Notes: generated by a model not told the origin, from the sequence alone. 64,000 bases of DNA from Candidatus Woesearchaeota archaeon (GCA_964623495.1 CAZUTV010000001.1:44682-108681); one strand, 5' to 3'; shown: positions 9,188 to 19,842, counted from the first letter of the stretch. Made by a program: numbers and translations.

Positions 9188-11797
9188 ATGACTACAATCC
9201 TTCAAGCGCAAAAACACACAGCCAAAGAAACAGAAAAAATCCTTCACCCTCTTGTAAAAGAATGGTTCTTTAATAAATTCAAGGATTTTTCTCTTACCCA
9301 GGAGTACGGAGTTCTAAATATCTGGGAAAGAAAGAATATTCTTATCTCAGCCCCAACAGGAGGAACAAAAACACTTACAGCCTTTTTATCAATACTTAAT
9401 TATTTGGTTATAAAAGCAGAAAAGCACGAGCTAGAAGATAAAATATATGCGGTCTATACTTCCCCCCTTAAAGCATTATCCAATGATATTGCAAAGAATC
9501 TTATTGAACCTCTAGGTGAGATAAATGAATTAGCCAAATCAAAAAGCATTAATCTTCAACAAATTAGAGTCACCCTCAGGACAGGTGACACAACAACAGC
9601 TGAAAGAGCAAAGATGGCTAAGAAATCTCCGCATATCTTTATAACCACCCCCGAATCCCTAGCAATTATCCTCACATCAAAGAACTTTGTTGAAAAACTA
9701 AGAGAAACAGAATTCTGCATTGTTGATGAAATTCATGCCTTAGACAACAAGCGAGGAGCATACTTAAGTTTAACTTTAGAGAGATTAAATGAAGTAGCAA
9801 AAGACTTCCCGTGTAAAATAGGATTAAGTGCGACAATAGCTCCTTTAGAAGAAGTTGCAAAATACTTAGTAGGTATTGCAAAAGATAGAGTTGTTAGTAT
9901 TGCAGAAGTTCCTTTAGATAAAAAAGTAGATGTTCAAGTACTTTCTCCAGCAAAAAACCTTCTTGAAGACATTGGCTTACATCATAAGATGTACGAGTTA
10001 ATCTCTAAATTAATTAAAGAGCATAAAACCACCTTAATTTTTACAAATACGCGATCAGCAACAGAAAGAGTTGTTAACTACCTCAAAGAAAAGTTTCCAA
10101 CAGAATACGGGGATGATAATATTGCCGCCCATCATTCTTCGTTGAGTAAAGGCCATCGATTCAATATAGAAGAACGTTTAAGGCAAGGTAAATTAAATGT
10201 GGTTGTTTGCTCCACTTCTTTAGAGTTGGGTATTGACATCGGGTTTATTGACCTGGTTATAATGCTTGGCTCCCCAAAATCAAGTGCAAGAGCCCTTCAG
10301 AGATTAGGAAGAGCCGGACACAAACTCCACGATACTGCTAAAGGAAGATTCATTATCTTAGACAGAGATGATTTAGTAGAATGTTGCATAATCCAGAAAG
10401 AAATGATTGAAAGAAAAATAAACAAGATATATTTTCCCAGAAACTGTTTAGATGTTCTAAGCCAACAGATATACGGAATGGCCATATACAAAATTTGGGA
10501 TATTGATGAACTTCTAAGTACTATAAGAAAGAGTTATTGCTTTGCAGAACTTGTAAAAAATGACTTTATGGATGTTATAGCTTACTTATCAGGCGAGTAT
10601 GCTTTGGAAGATTCAAGAGTTTATGGAAAAATATGGTATGATAAGGAAACAAAACAAATAGGGAAAAAAGGAAAGTTAGCAAGAGTTTTATATATGACTA
10701 ATATAGGAACAATCCCTGAAGAATCTTTTATAACCGTTAAAATTTCTGGAAGTGAAGAACAAGTTGGGTTTGTAGACGAAGGATTTATGGAAAGAATGAA
10801 AAAAGGAGATGTATTTGTCCTTGGAGGAAAGAAATATATCTATGGTTATACCCGGGGAATGAATTTATATGTTAGGCCGACAGTTAGTAGATCTCCAACC
10901 ATTCCCTCTTGGTTTAGTGAAATGCTTCCTCTTTCATTTGACTCTGCTTTAGAGCTTCAAAAGTTCAGAAAATTAATGTCAGACAAGCTCTTATCTTCGA
11001 GACAGCCCAAGACAAAAACAATAGAATTCATAAAAGAACATTTGTATGTTCCACAAGATACTGCAGAGGCAATATACAATTATTTCTTAGAACAGCACAG
11101 CTTCCTGGAAATTCCAAACGAATCCAAAATCATAATTGAAAAATATACCGATAACAACAAGAGATACCTTATCTTTCATACCTTATATGGCAGAAGAGTA
11201 AATGACGCTTTATCAAGGTCAATTGGTTATCTTATCGGGGTTTATGGCGGAAGAGATATTGAATTGGGAATTAATGATAACGGGTTTTATCTTGCAGGAG
11301 AAAACATGATGCTTAAAAAATCTCTTGAACAATTGAATGAAAAAAATATAGAAAAACTGTTAAAAGAAGCTATAGAAAAAACAGATGTGCTGGCTAGAAG
11401 GTTTAGGCACTGTGCAACACGTTCATTGATGATCCTAAGATCTTACAAAGGATTAAGAAAGACAGTAGGAAAACAGCACATGAAATCCCATTTCCTTTTA
11501 GCTGCAGTAAAAAAGATCACTGGCGAATTTCCAATATTAAGAGAAGCCAGAAGAGAAGTTCTTGAAGACCTAATGGACATTGAAAATGCAAAGCTCGTAT
11601 TGTCTTGGATAAAAAAAGGCAAAGTAGAAGTAGAAATCAAAGAAACAGATCTTCCAAGCCCCTTTGCTCTCAATTTAATCTTGCAAGGCCACAGCGATTT
11701 AATAAAAATAGAAGACAAGCAAGCATTCTTGAAAAGAATGCACGAAATGCACATGAAGAAGATTTTGGGAACTAAAATAATTTCCCAAAACATATAA
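9188..11797 (+). CDS. lhr: Lhr-core type ATP-dependent DEXH helicase
   Basis: APTGGTKTL (Walker A), DEIHAL (DExH), helicase C motifs, about 870 aa with an Lhr-like C-terminal domain. Confidence 0.85.
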   Translation: MTTILQAQKHTAKETEKILHPLVKEWFFNKFKDFSLTQEYGVLNIWERKNILISAPTGGTKTLTAFLSILNYLVIKAEKHELEDKIYAVYTSPLKALSNDIAKNLIEPLGEINELAKSKSINLQQIRVTLRTGDTTTAERAKMAKKSPHIFITTPESLAIILTSKNFVEKLRETEFCIVDEIHALDNKRGAYLSLTLERLNEVAKDFPCKIGLSATIAPLEEVAKYLVGIAKDRVVSIAEVPLDKKVDVQVLSPAKNLLEDIGLHHKMYELISKLIKEHKTTLIFTNTRSATERVVNYLKEKFPTEYGDDNIAAHHSSLSKGHRFNIEERLRQGKLNVVVCSTSLELGIDIGFIDLVIMLGSPKSSARALQRLGRAGHKLHDTAKGRFIILDRDDLVECCIIQKEMIERKINKIYFPRNCLDVLSQQIYGMAIYKIWDIDELLSTIRKSYCFAELVKNDFMDVIAYLSGEYALEDSRVYGKIWYDKETKQIGKKGKLARVLYMTNIGTIPEESFITVKISGSEEQVGFVDEGFMERMKKGDVFVLGGKKYIYGYTRGMNLYVRPTVSRSPTIPSWFSEMLPLSFDSALELQKFRKLMSDKLLSSRQPKTKTIEFIKEHLYVPQDTAEAIYNYFLEQHSFLEIPNESKIIIEKYTDNNKRYLIFHTLYGRRVNDALSRSIGYLIGVYGGRDIELGINDNGFYLAGENMMLKKSLEQLNEKNIEKLLKEAIEKTDVLARRFRHCATRSLMILRSYKGLRKTVGKQHMKSHFLLAAVKKITGEFPILREARREVLEDLMDIENAKLVLSWIKKGKVEVEIKETDLPSPFALNLILQGHSDLIKIEDKQAFLKRMHEMHMKKILGTKIISQNI

Positions 11798-11823
11798 ATA
11801 CATTCTTAACAATAGTTATTACA

Positions 11824-12195
11824 ATGCCCAAACCCAAAACAGTTTCAGAATATATTTCAAAAGCTCCTAAAGAAGTTCAAGTAAGGCTTAGACAGATGCA
11901 GAAAGCAATCAAAGCATCTGCCCCCAAATCACTCGAAGGTATTAAATGGAGCATGATTTCATACTCTTACTCAAGAATTTTAGTTATGTTTGCTTATTTT
12001 AAGAACCATATTGGATTTTTCCCAACCCCAAGCGCAATAAAAACATTTTCAAAAGATCTTAAAAAATATAAAACATCCAAAGGAACAATTCAGTTTCCCA
12101 ATGATAAGCCAATCCCTATAGGATTAATAAAGAAAATTGTAAAGTTCAGAGTAAATGAAAGTAAAGAAAGGGATGTTAAGTGGAAGGGGAAATAA
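11824..12195 (+). CDS. DUF1801 (YdhG-like) domain protein
   Basis: Motif resemblance only. Confidence 0.45.
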   Translation: MPKPKTVSEYISKAPKEVQVRLRQMQKAIKASAPKSLEGIKWSMISYSYSRILVMFAYFKNHIGFFPTPSAIKTFSKDLKKYKTSKGTIQFPNDKPIPIGLIKKIVKFRVNESKERDVKWKGK

Positions 12196-12443
12196 AAATG
12201 CCTCCTTCAAACCTCCCCCACAAACTTCCTTCAGACTTAAGCAAAGCCCTTAATTCTTCAAAACAAGTCAAGGAAAAATGGAATAGTTTAACGCCCCTTG
12301 CTAAAAACGAATGGATATGCTGGGTCATTTCTGTAAAAACACCTGAAACAAGAACAGAACATGTCAGAAGAGTTGTTGAAGATTTAATGAATGGAAAAAG
12401 AAGGCCTTGCTGCTGGGCTGGATGTGTGCATAGGAAGAGATAA
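12180..12443 (+). CDS. YdeI/OmpD-associated family-like small protein
   Basis: KTPETRTEHVRRVVEDLMNGKR motif; overlaps the upstream gene by 16 nt. Confidence 0.45.
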   Translation: MEGEIKMPPSNLPHKLPSDLSKALNSSKQVKEKWNSLTPLAKNEWICWVISVKTPETRTEHVRRVVEDLMNGKRRPCCWAGCVHRKR

Positions 12444-12490
12444 TAAAAAATTACAATAATCTTTAAATAGATTCAGTTTATAAGATAAAT

Positions 12491-12781
12491 ATGAATGATC
12501 AAGAATATTCAATTACTCCAAATTCTCAGTCTTGCTTTGTGGCCACAGTAGTCTATGGAGATATTAATGCTCAAGAATTGGATTTGCTAAGGCACTATAG
12601 AGACAATGTTTTAATGAATACTTTTCTTGGAAGGGCTTTTGTTGATTTATATTATGGTAATGCAGGGGAGAGAATTGCCGAGTTTGTAAAAACTCATGCA
12701 AGGTTTACAATTCCTGCAATAAAGAGAGGACTTGACGGTTTAATAGGAAGACATGCAAAAAGCTTAGTTGATCAAAAATAA
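12491..12781 (+). CDS. small protein with CFVATVVYG...LRHYRD motif
   Basis: Family not confidently identified. Confidence 0.4.
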   Translation: MNDQEYSITPNSQSCFVATVVYGDINAQELDLLRHYRDNVLMNTFLGRAFVDLYYGNAGERIAEFVKTHARFTIPAIKRGLDGLIGRHAKSLVDQK

Positions 12782-12791
12782 ATACTTCTTT

Positions 12792-14330
12792 CTAATTCCT
12801 CACAGTCTCATTAACGATCTCATAAACTTCAGGATATTTGTCTATGTCTGTGATTTCTTCATGCAAAAATTCAAGACCTAGTTCATTGCATGCTCCTTGT
12901 ATGTAATGATTGTTTGCAAAGCTCAAGAACTGGCTTGAGTTTTTTACAATGCCATCTCCTGTTTCTTCTCCCATTGTACACCCAAACCCGATAATATTCT
13001 CTATAGGGAACGCTGGCTGAGGCGAGTTGTCAAGCCTATTTATGAAAATGCTGTCTTTATCCATGTCACTGCATGTTGACCCGTCTCCAAGCAAAGAGCA
13101 ATAGTCTCTGACTTTACCGTCAATTCCGTGATTAGGGATTGTTATAAATATAACTTTTTTAATATTTGAGTCTCCAAAAATCTGTACATATCTTCTGGTT
13201 ACTAATCCCCCCATGCTGTGTGCCACAATAATAACTTTATCTTTTCCTGTTCTGTGCTTTACTGCATCAATTATATCCCTAAGCCTTATCGCGTAAGTGT
13301 CTATACTTTCTGTTTTTGAAGGAACAGTGGTTTCTTCTCCGCTTTCAGTTTTATAAATATCAAAGAAATAGCTGGCGGTCACAGCTACAGGGGCATTAAC
13401 CCTCCCCCATAACCCAGGATCTTCTCTTTCATAATTTGTCACCATGATTCCTGCATCAACATATCCTTCTTGAACAAGCTTGTCTTTAATTTTTGCAAGC
13501 TTATCTAGGCTGTAATCCGCAGGGAGCGCCCGGTTAACGCTATGCCCGTGAAGGAATATCACCGGATAATTTTTACCAGAACAATTAGCATCACAGCATC
13601 TTTCACAGGTTCCATTAAGACAACAAATTCCTGGATCTTGACTAGAAGCATAATTCAAAGTAATAAGCACAGATCTTTTAACTTCTTCTCCTTTTGTATA
13701 GCAAAGTCTGGCTTTCTGGGCTTTGCATCTTACATTAAACAAACTCAGTCTTTGTGATTCGTTTGTTCTTAATCCTTTAAGAAAGTATGTCTGGGTTTTA
13801 GAAAATAAGGGCGTGAGATTAAAACTACCAGAATCAGTGATTACTCCAGAGCTTAAATCTAGAAATTCATACCGGCATTCGGCGGTGCAGATGGGATTCA
13901 TAGAAGCAGAAATCTTAAAGTTAATATCTTTTGCTTCATCGTGGCTAAAAAATAAATCATTTTTGTCTGCAGACAACTTTATCAACAAGTCATTCCCAAT
14001 CAGAAATCTTCCATAAAAGTAAGTTTGAGTTAAGGCAATAATCCCAATCACTGCAATAATAAAGAATAGTGTGAGCAAGGCAACTTTTTTAAATGTTTTA
14101 TTCTGCGGGTTTTTCATATATCTCACAAAACCAGAGAACAAATAGCAAACCACAATTATTGCCGCCGCACAGATATAAGCCCACCATGAGGATTTGAAGT
14201 CCTTAAGGAAATTAAGATAGTTCTGAAGAAGAGAGCCATGCTGGAGAAGCAGAGTTACAAATAGAAAAGACGGCAAAAAGCCAAGAACCAAAAATAATGT
14301 AAACCTTAAAAATTTCGACCCCTTTCCCAC
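12792..14330 (-). CDS. membrane-anchored alpha/beta-hydrolase, lipase-like (PGAP1/DUF676-like)
   Basis: N-terminal TM segments; nucleophile elbow AHSMGG; FLHGH oxyanion region. Confidence 0.65.
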   Translation of the reverse strand: MGKGSKFLRFTLFLVLGFLPSFLFVTLLLQHGSLLQNYLNFLKDFKSSWWAYICAAAIIVVCYLFSGFVRYMKNPQNKTFKKVALLTLFFIIAVIGIIALTQTYFYGRFLIGNDLLIKLSADKNDLFFSHDEAKDINFKISASMNPICTAECRYEFLDLSSGVITDSGSFNLTPLFSKTQTYFLKGLRTNESQRLSLFNVRCKAQKARLCYTKGEEVKRSVLITLNYASSQDPGICCLNGTCERCCDANCSGKNYPVIFLHGHSVNRALPADYSLDKLAKIKDKLVQEGYVDAGIMVTNYEREDPGLWGRVNAPVAVTASYFFDIYKTESGEETTVPSKTESIDTYAIRLRDIIDAVKHRTGKDKVIIVAHSMGGLVTRRYVQIFGDSNIKKVIFITIPNHGIDGKVRDYCSLLGDGSTCSDMDKDSIFINRLDNSPQPAFPIENIIGFGCTMGEETGDGIVKNSSQFLSFANNHYIQGACNELGLEFLHEEITDIDKYPEVYEIVNETVRN

Positions 14331-14459
14331 GTATAGATAAACCTTAGATTATTTAAAAAACTACTCTTTAGCAATCAAAACCCCCAGCATCAAATTTAAT
14401 GGAAAGAATCCCTTTATTTAACCCTAAATCTTATAAACTTCTCTTTCAACTTTACCCCC

Positions 14460-15185
14460 ATGCTAGAATATATCTTCATTGACAAATCATTATTTTTTCC
14501 AAAGCAAGGCATTCTTGCAATTGGAGATCTACATATCGGCTATGAAGCGATGCTAAGGCAGTCTGGCGTTTTGATTCCTGAAAGGCAGGTTAAAGATATT
14601 ATTAATGGGCTAAAGGAAATTTTTGAAAAAATAAAAAAACAAGGCCATGAACTTAAGAAAATAGTCTTCATAGGAGATATTAAACATGCCTTCACTTTTG
14701 AATATGGAGAGAAAAATGAATTTAGAAAAGTGATCGAGTTCCTGGGGGAAAATCTGCCGCAGGAAAACATAATCTTAATCAAAGGAAATCATGATACTAT
14801 CGATTATACTTTTGAAGGTTTAATGAAGTCTTACTACATTGATGGAGAAATTTTATTTTTACACGGCCATAAAAAGATAAAAGAGCTTAATGATAAGAAT
14901 ATTAAAACTATAGTCTTCGGCCATATTCATCCCTCTGTATCATTTGAAGAAGGTGCAAAAAAAGAATCCTATAAGTGTTTTTTAACAGGGAGGTCGAATA
15001 ACAAGGATGTAATAGTTCTTCCTAGTTTTCTCGGATTTGTCGAGGGAACTCCCATAAACGATTACCAAGAAGACTATATTGAGTCTTTTTCCATTATTCC
15101 AAAAAAAGAAATAATGAATTTTAGGGTTCACGCTGTTGGAAAGAATGAAGTATTGAATTTCGGAAAGGTTAAGGACTTTTTATAG
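14460..15185 (+). CDS. metallophosphoesterase (calcineurin-like)
   Basis: GDLHIG, GDIKH, GNHD and GHIHP motifs in the canonical order. Confidence 0.75.
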   Translation: MLEYIFIDKSLFFPKQGILAIGDLHIGYEAMLRQSGVLIPERQVKDIINGLKEIFEKIKKQGHELKKIVFIGDIKHAFTFEYGEKNEFRKVIEFLGENLPQENIILIKGNHDTIDYTFEGLMKSYYIDGEILFLHGHKKIKELNDKNIKTIVFGHIHPSVSFEEGAKKESYKCFLTGRSNNKDVIVLPSFLGFVEGTPINDYQEDYIESFSIIPKKEIMNFRVHAVGKNEVLNFGKVKDFL

Positions 15186-15579
15186 GTCTGTAATACCTTA
15201 TTGTAAATTTTTGCTCTCCAGTAAAGTCTATGCTGCCATATCTTTCATCAACTCTTTGGAAATCATCTCCTTCAACAATGATTGCATTTCCTCCAGAATA
15301 ACACCCCAATCTATGGGTTACTTTTAAAGGATTAACGCTTACAACAACACCCATATGGTTTACCGTGGCATCATTTTCCCAAGAAATTATTGCACCTTCC
15401 TCTGGCTGGCTTAGACTTTCCATTCTCGGAAGAAAGTGTCTTTTGGCTTGCGGGGGGCTGAAATACTCGTCAGAGTCGTTAACCCCCGATAAAAACAAGG
15501 CTGTTCCAATACAATTAGTCGGTGTTTGGTTCTCTATTGCCATAAAAACTCTCTTACTTAGATCTAACATAAAAAACAA
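15169..15579 (-). CDS. hypothetical protein, possibly papain-like (Cys..His) hydrolase
   Basis: NCIGTALF ... NHMGVV pattern only. Confidence 0.3.
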   Translation of the reverse strand: MFFMLDLSKRVFMAIENQTPTNCIGTALFLSGVNDSDEYFSPPQAKRHFLPRMESLSQPEEGAIISWENDATVNHMGVVVSVNPLKVTHRLGCYSGGNAIIVEGDDFQRVDERYGSIDFTGEQKFTIRYYRPIKSP

Positions 15580-15689
15580 CCCTTTAGCAATGTTATAAAC
15601 TTTGCTTTTTTATAAAGTGAAATGCCCGTTTAATTCCTTAAAGATAGTCTTAGAATAAGATTTAAATACAAGTTTTTTCTTTTATACTT

Positions 15690-16553
15690 ATGAGGGGTGC
15701 ATTAATTGCCTTTTTATCTTTAATGTTAATTTCTTTAGCAAGTGCAGACTGCAGTTTAGAGGTCTCTTTGTTAAATCAAGATCCATACCCCGCAGTTCCT
15801 GGAGATTACGTTAAAATAGTTTTTCAAGTAAGCGGGTTATCTAGTCCTAAATGCAACAATGTGGATTTCTGGATAGATAATAGCTACCCCTTTACTTTAG
15901 ACCCAGGAGTAGAAAATAAAATATCTCTAAATTCTGGGACCTACATCCAAGATTACAGTGATGTAATACTCATTCCATACAAGCTAAGAGTGGATAAGGA
16001 AGCTCTTGATGGTAACAATGAAATAAGAGCCTTTTATTCTATATTAGAAGGGCAAAGCATAATCTACACGAGGAAATTCAATATAAGTGTAGAGGAATCA
16101 AAAACAGACTTCGAGGTTTTTATTAAGGATTATGTCGAGGACACAGACAAAATAACTCTTGCAATTCTTAATACTGGAAAAAAAGACGCTAGTGCAGTAA
16201 CTGTTGAAATTCCTGATCAGGAGAACATTCAAATTATAAAAACAGATAAGGTGATCCTCGGGGATTTAGATTCAAAGGAAGATGATACGGTTGCTTTTGA
16301 AGCAACCCCAAGCAAAGGCAACATTAATCTTTCGATTTATTATAATGACGAAGGAGATGAAAGAAGAAAAGTAGATAAAACGGTTCTTTTTAATCCTGAT
16401 TTATTCCCAAAGGTGGAAAAAAAGCAAAAAGTTTCGCCGACTCTCGCTTTCATCATTGGTCTCTTGATTCCCATAATCTTTTTCTATGCTAGAGGAAAGA
16501 TCAGAAAAAGAAGAGAAAGACTCATGAAGAAGCGTGGAATGGTCAAGTTCTAA
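15690..16553 (+). CDS. secreted protein with C-terminal TM anchor and basic tail
   Basis: Signal peptide MRGALIAFLSLMLISLASA; C-terminal TM plus KIRKRRERLMKKR. Confidence 0.5.
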   Translation: MRGALIAFLSLMLISLASADCSLEVSLLNQDPYPAVPGDYVKIVFQVSGLSSPKCNNVDFWIDNSYPFTLDPGVENKISLNSGTYIQDYSDVILIPYKLRVDKEALDGNNEIRAFYSILEGQSIIYTRKFNISVEESKTDFEVFIKDYVEDTDKITLAILNTGKKDASAVTVEIPDQENIQIIKTDKVILGDLDSKEDDTVAFEATPSKGNINLSIYYNDEGDERRKVDKTVLFNPDLFPKVEKKQKVSPTLAFIIGLLIPIIFFYARGKIRKRRERLMKKRGMVKF

Positions 16554-16814
16554 GCTCTTCTATTAATAAAATATGCAGACAATGCACCTATTGCTGTTGC
16601 AGTTCCCAAAGCCCCACCAAGATAGAATTTTTCTTTTTTCCTCTAAACATCACCAATATCACAAAAATCTCCAAAACACATTTTCTGCTCTTCTATTTTA
16701 TCTTGGTAGCCTCTTTCATCTAAATAATTACCTAATCCAAGACCTGCAGGAATTGCTAAGAATCCTCCAACCAATATAACAAGTCCAAATTTTCTTTTTC
16801 TGTCCATCTTAATA

Positions 16815-16885
16815 TGGGCACGGAGGGAATCGAACCCCCATCTCCTGGGCTGGAGCCAGGTAGTCTGCCATTAGCCTACGCACCC
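16815..16885 (-). tRNA. tRNA-Trp (CCA)
   Basis: Cloverleaf on the reverse strand: acceptor GGGTGCG/CGTGCCC, anticodon loop CTCCAGC, T-loop TTCGATT; CCA not encoded. Confidence 0.8.
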
Positions 16886-16932
16886 CTAAAAATAAGAGAA
16901 TTAATTGATTTTTAACTCTATCTGTTGGTGTT

Positions 16933-17307
16933 TTAATTATTCTTCCTTGCCTGCACGCTTAAAATAAGAAACGCATTAATTGCAATTAAATGAAATATGA
17001 GGTTTGTCCAGTTAGTTGTTCCTGTTGTAGCCCATTTTATTGTTACAGTAAAAATAGCAACAATAAGTATTAAGGCAGGGATTAAAGCAGTGTATTTTAT
17101 CTTCCAGTTTGCAATAACAGCCAAACCAGACCCAATTTCACCGATAATTAAAATCCAAGCCCAAACCATTGGCGCCCATGAAAATAGCACTATTTTAGAA
17201 AGCATTTCTGCAACTTTATCTGCATGAGTTACAAAAATCTTAATCAATCCTGCAACGAGCATCAACAATCCAAGCAGTATTCTATTAAGAGTTAATAAGT
17301 TTTTCAT
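16933..17307 (-). CDS. DoxX-family membrane protein
   Basis: 4-TM about 120 aa DoxX-like profile. Confidence 0.6.
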   Translation of the reverse strand: MKNLLTLNRILLGLLMLVAGLIKIFVTHADKVAEMLSKIVLFSWAPMVWAWILIIGEIGSGLAVIANWKIKYTALIPALILIVAIFTVTIKWATTGTTNWTNLIFHLIAINAFLILSVQARKNN

Positions 17308-17348
17308 AAGAAGCTTAACAATGGTTTATTTTTAAAGATTTCTGTGGG

Positions 17349-18026
17349 TTAATTTATTCTCTCTGCTTCTCTTATTTCTTCCTCAGAAATAGAGCAGCCC
17401 TTGAATTTCATGGCATAAAGCAGTGCATCAAGAACAATTCCATTGTCTAATTCAATAAGCCCTTTTTTATATGCAAGATAAACAAGCTCGGTGGATCTTA
17501 TTATTTTAAAGCCTTTAAACATCTTCAGATTATTTTTGTTGGAGATTATGTTTGTGTGCAGTTTATTTTCCAGCAATTTTTCTAAATTCTCCGGTTTTTC
17601 TACAAGCATTCTCATTGTTCTTTCATCGACTGCAATGACACACCCTATTTTTCTTTCCTCAAGCGCTCTTGCAAGGGCAATACAGGAAGCTTCACCAAGA
17701 TCAATCAATTTAAGATGATGGCCCCCAGACTTAAAAGTTGTATTTGCGGTTTCTATAATTCTATTCGTGTCTCTAGAAATTTCCTTATCAGATATATCTA
17801 AAGAAGAAGGCATCTCTAAGACCCCCTCATCAAAAAGTTTTTTTATCTTTAATGCCTCTAACTCAAATCTCTTTATTGTCAAAGGCCTATCAATTACCTC
17901 TCCCTTCACTTCTTTTGTAATAAGGAACTTGCCGTTAAAAATCTCCTTAAGATGTCTTAGCTCATCATACAAGCCATTCATGGCAAAACTTATGAGTGTG
18001 CTTGCATCGAAGATGAGGGCTTTCAT
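17349..18026 (-). CDS. PIN-like domain protein
   Basis: N-terminal LIFDASTLIS and later IAVDERT acidic positions typical of PIN folds. Confidence 0.45.
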   Translation of the reverse strand: MKALIFDASTLISFAMNGLYDELRHLKEIFNGKFLITKEVKGEVIDRPLTIKRFELEALKIKKLFDEGVLEMPSSLDISDKEISRDTNRIIETANTTFKSGGHHLKLIDLGEASCIALARALEERKIGCVIAVDERTMRMLVEKPENLEKLLENKLHTNIISNKNNLKMFKGFKIIRSTELVYLAYKKGLIELDNGIVLDALLYAMKFKGCSISEEEIREAERIN

Positions 18027-18583
18027 TCGAAAAAATCCATCGCAATTTTAATTCTGTTTTTAATTTCCATTGTCTTCCCAAGATTGACGTCTCCAATTCC
18101 TGTCTGGCCAGCATATCCTGCAAGATCCCATAAAGTAATTCCCAATAATTTTGCTGTTTTCTCCATCGAAATTCCGTGCTCGTAAATCCTAGATGCTTTG
18201 TTTATCTGCGCTTTTATAAAAACATCCTGGATATATTTCTTTAATTTTCCAGAAATTCCCCCTATTTTTTTGCTTATTCCCTCAAGATGTTTTCTTAGAT
18301 GTTTTTCATTATTTCTTTCAATTGCTCTTATAGAGTGTTCTATCTGATAAAGTGTGTTTTTGTAAAATTTTTCCCACCCAATTTTTTCCTTGTAGCTTGT
18401 TCTTTCAATTATCTTGCTTAAAGAATAGATTATGACTGCAATTGCAATGTTGTCAGGATCTTGGCTTATAGAAGCTGTGTGGATTGTTTGGTTTGATAAG
18501 TCCTTGAGTTTTATGGCATCGTCTCTTTTCAAAGCCACTAAAGTTTCTTTCAGAATTCTTAATATGTTCTCCCTCTCTTGCAT
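18023..18583 (-). CDS. hypothetical protein with C-terminal HTH
   Basis: ISMEKTAKLLGITLWDLAGY; 4-nt overlap (ATGA) with the downstream gene. Confidence 0.4.
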   Translation of the reverse strand: MQERENILRILKETLVALKRDDAIKLKDLSNQTIHTASISQDPDNIAIAVIIYSLSKIIERTSYKEKIGWEKFYKNTLYQIEHSIRAIERNNEKHLRKHLEGISKKIGGISGKLKKYIQDVFIKAQINKASRIYEHGISMEKTAKLLGITLWDLAGYAGQTGIGDVNLGKTMEIKNRIKIAMDFFE

Positions 18584-18633
18584 TCATTCTTTAGGAAAAA
18601 AGATTATTTAAACCTTAATATCTTCTTCTATTC

Positions 18634-18987
18634 ATGCAACAAGTGATCTTAGATACAAGCTTTATCCTTACCTGCATAAAGCAGAAAATTGATTTTTTTG
18701 AAGAGCTTAGTTTTAAAGGCCTTGAAATATTAATCCCAGACAAAGTCCTGGCAGAATTAGAGGGCTTGGCAAAGCAAAACCCGAGTTCAAAACTAGCACT
18801 AAAAATAATCGGTTCTAATAAGTTTACTGAAATAACTATTAAATCAAAAAAAGTTGACCAAGGAATAATAAATTACGCAAAAGCAAACCCGCCTGTTATT
18901 TTAGCTACTTTGGATGAAGAGATAAAAAAGAGAACAAAAAACCCAAAACTTGTGGTAAGAGGGAGGAAAAAACTGGAGGTTTTGTGA
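18634..18987 (+). CDS. Fcf1/COG1412-like PIN-domain protein
   Basis: VILDTSFIL PIN N-terminus; conserved archaeal neighbourhood immediately upstream of rpoE'. Confidence 0.7.
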   Translation: MQQVILDTSFILTCIKQKIDFFEELSFKGLEILIPDKVLAELEGLAKQNPSSKLALKIIGSNKFTEITIKSKKVDQGIINYAKANPPVILATLDEEIKKRTKNPKLVVRGRKKLEVL

Positions 18988-19034
18988 TTTTTACAGATAA
19001 TAACCTTTAAAAAGCAATTTTTACTAATTTTAAA

Positions 19035-19649
19035 ATGTTCTATATAACCGAAGTTGAGGATTACGTTAGAGTGGAGCCAAGACTTTTTGGCCTGCCTACT
19101 TTAGAATCTGTTGAAAAGCAGCTGAAAGATACTTACGCAGATTATTACGACGAGGAATTAGGAAGAGTTGTTGCTGTAATCGAGATTATGGATGTTGGTG
19201 AAGGGGTAATAATTCCAGGAGACGGTGCAGCCTACTATAGTTCAAAATTCAAGCTTTTAGCATGGAAACCAGAGCTTCAGGAACTTGTTTTCGGCGAAAT
19301 CTCAGAAATTACGAACTTTGGAGCATTCATTAATCTGGGTGTTTTAAAAGGAATGATCCATATAGGACAAACTATGGACGATTACGTGTCTTTCTCAAAG
19401 TCAAATACTCTTCTTGGCAAAGCATCTAAGAGATCCCTTAAATCAGGAGATTTATGCCTTGCAAGAATTGTTGCAATAAGCCATAAAGGCGACGAGCCAA
19501 AAATAGGGCTTACAATGAGGCAGCCAGGCCTTGGGAAAATTGAATGGATAAAAGAAGATCAGATGAAAAAGGAAAGAGAAGCAAAGAAGATGGCAAAAGC
19601 CGAGGAAAAATCTGAAAAAGGAAAGGCCAAAGGAGGAAAGAAAAAATAA
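19035..19649 (+). CDS. rpoE: DNA-directed RNA polymerase subunit E' (Rpo7)
   Basis: Rpb7-like N-domain plus S1 domain (GEISEITNFGAFINLG); Lys/Glu-rich C-terminal tail. Confidence 0.85.
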   Translation: MFYITEVEDYVRVEPRLFGLPTLESVEKQLKDTYADYYDEELGRVVAVIEIMDVGEGVIIPGDGAAYYSSKFKLLAWKPELQELVFGEISEITNFGAFINLGVLKGMIHIGQTMDDYVSFSKSNTLLGKASKRSLKSGDLCLARIVAISHKGDEPKIGLTMRQPGLGKIEWIKEDQMKKEREAKKMAKAEEKSEKGKAKGGKKK

Positions 19650-19650
19650 A

Positions 19651-19842
19651 ATGGCTAAGGAAAAGGCATGCAAAATATGTAATACCCTTTACGAAACAGG
19701 GGATAAGTGCCCAAAATGCGGCTCCAAGGAATTCACAGACGGATTTAAAGGGAGAATAATCTTATTGAATCCTGAAAAGTCCGAAATTGCACCAAAATTA
19801 AAGCTAAAAGACAAAGGGACTTTTGCAATAAAAACAAGATAA
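19651..19842 (+). CDS. spt4: transcription elongation factor Spt4 (RpoE'')
   Basis: Zn ribbon CKIC...CPKC; 63 aa; directly after rpoE'. Confidence 0.8.
   Translation: MAKEKACKICNTLYETGDKCPKCGSKEFTDGFKGRIILLNPEKSEIAPKLKLKDKGTFAIKTR

Noticed and set aside
16573-16779. 68-aa plus-strand ORF
   Set aside because: Low-complexity His/Leu-rich. Antisense to a better small membrane ORF.
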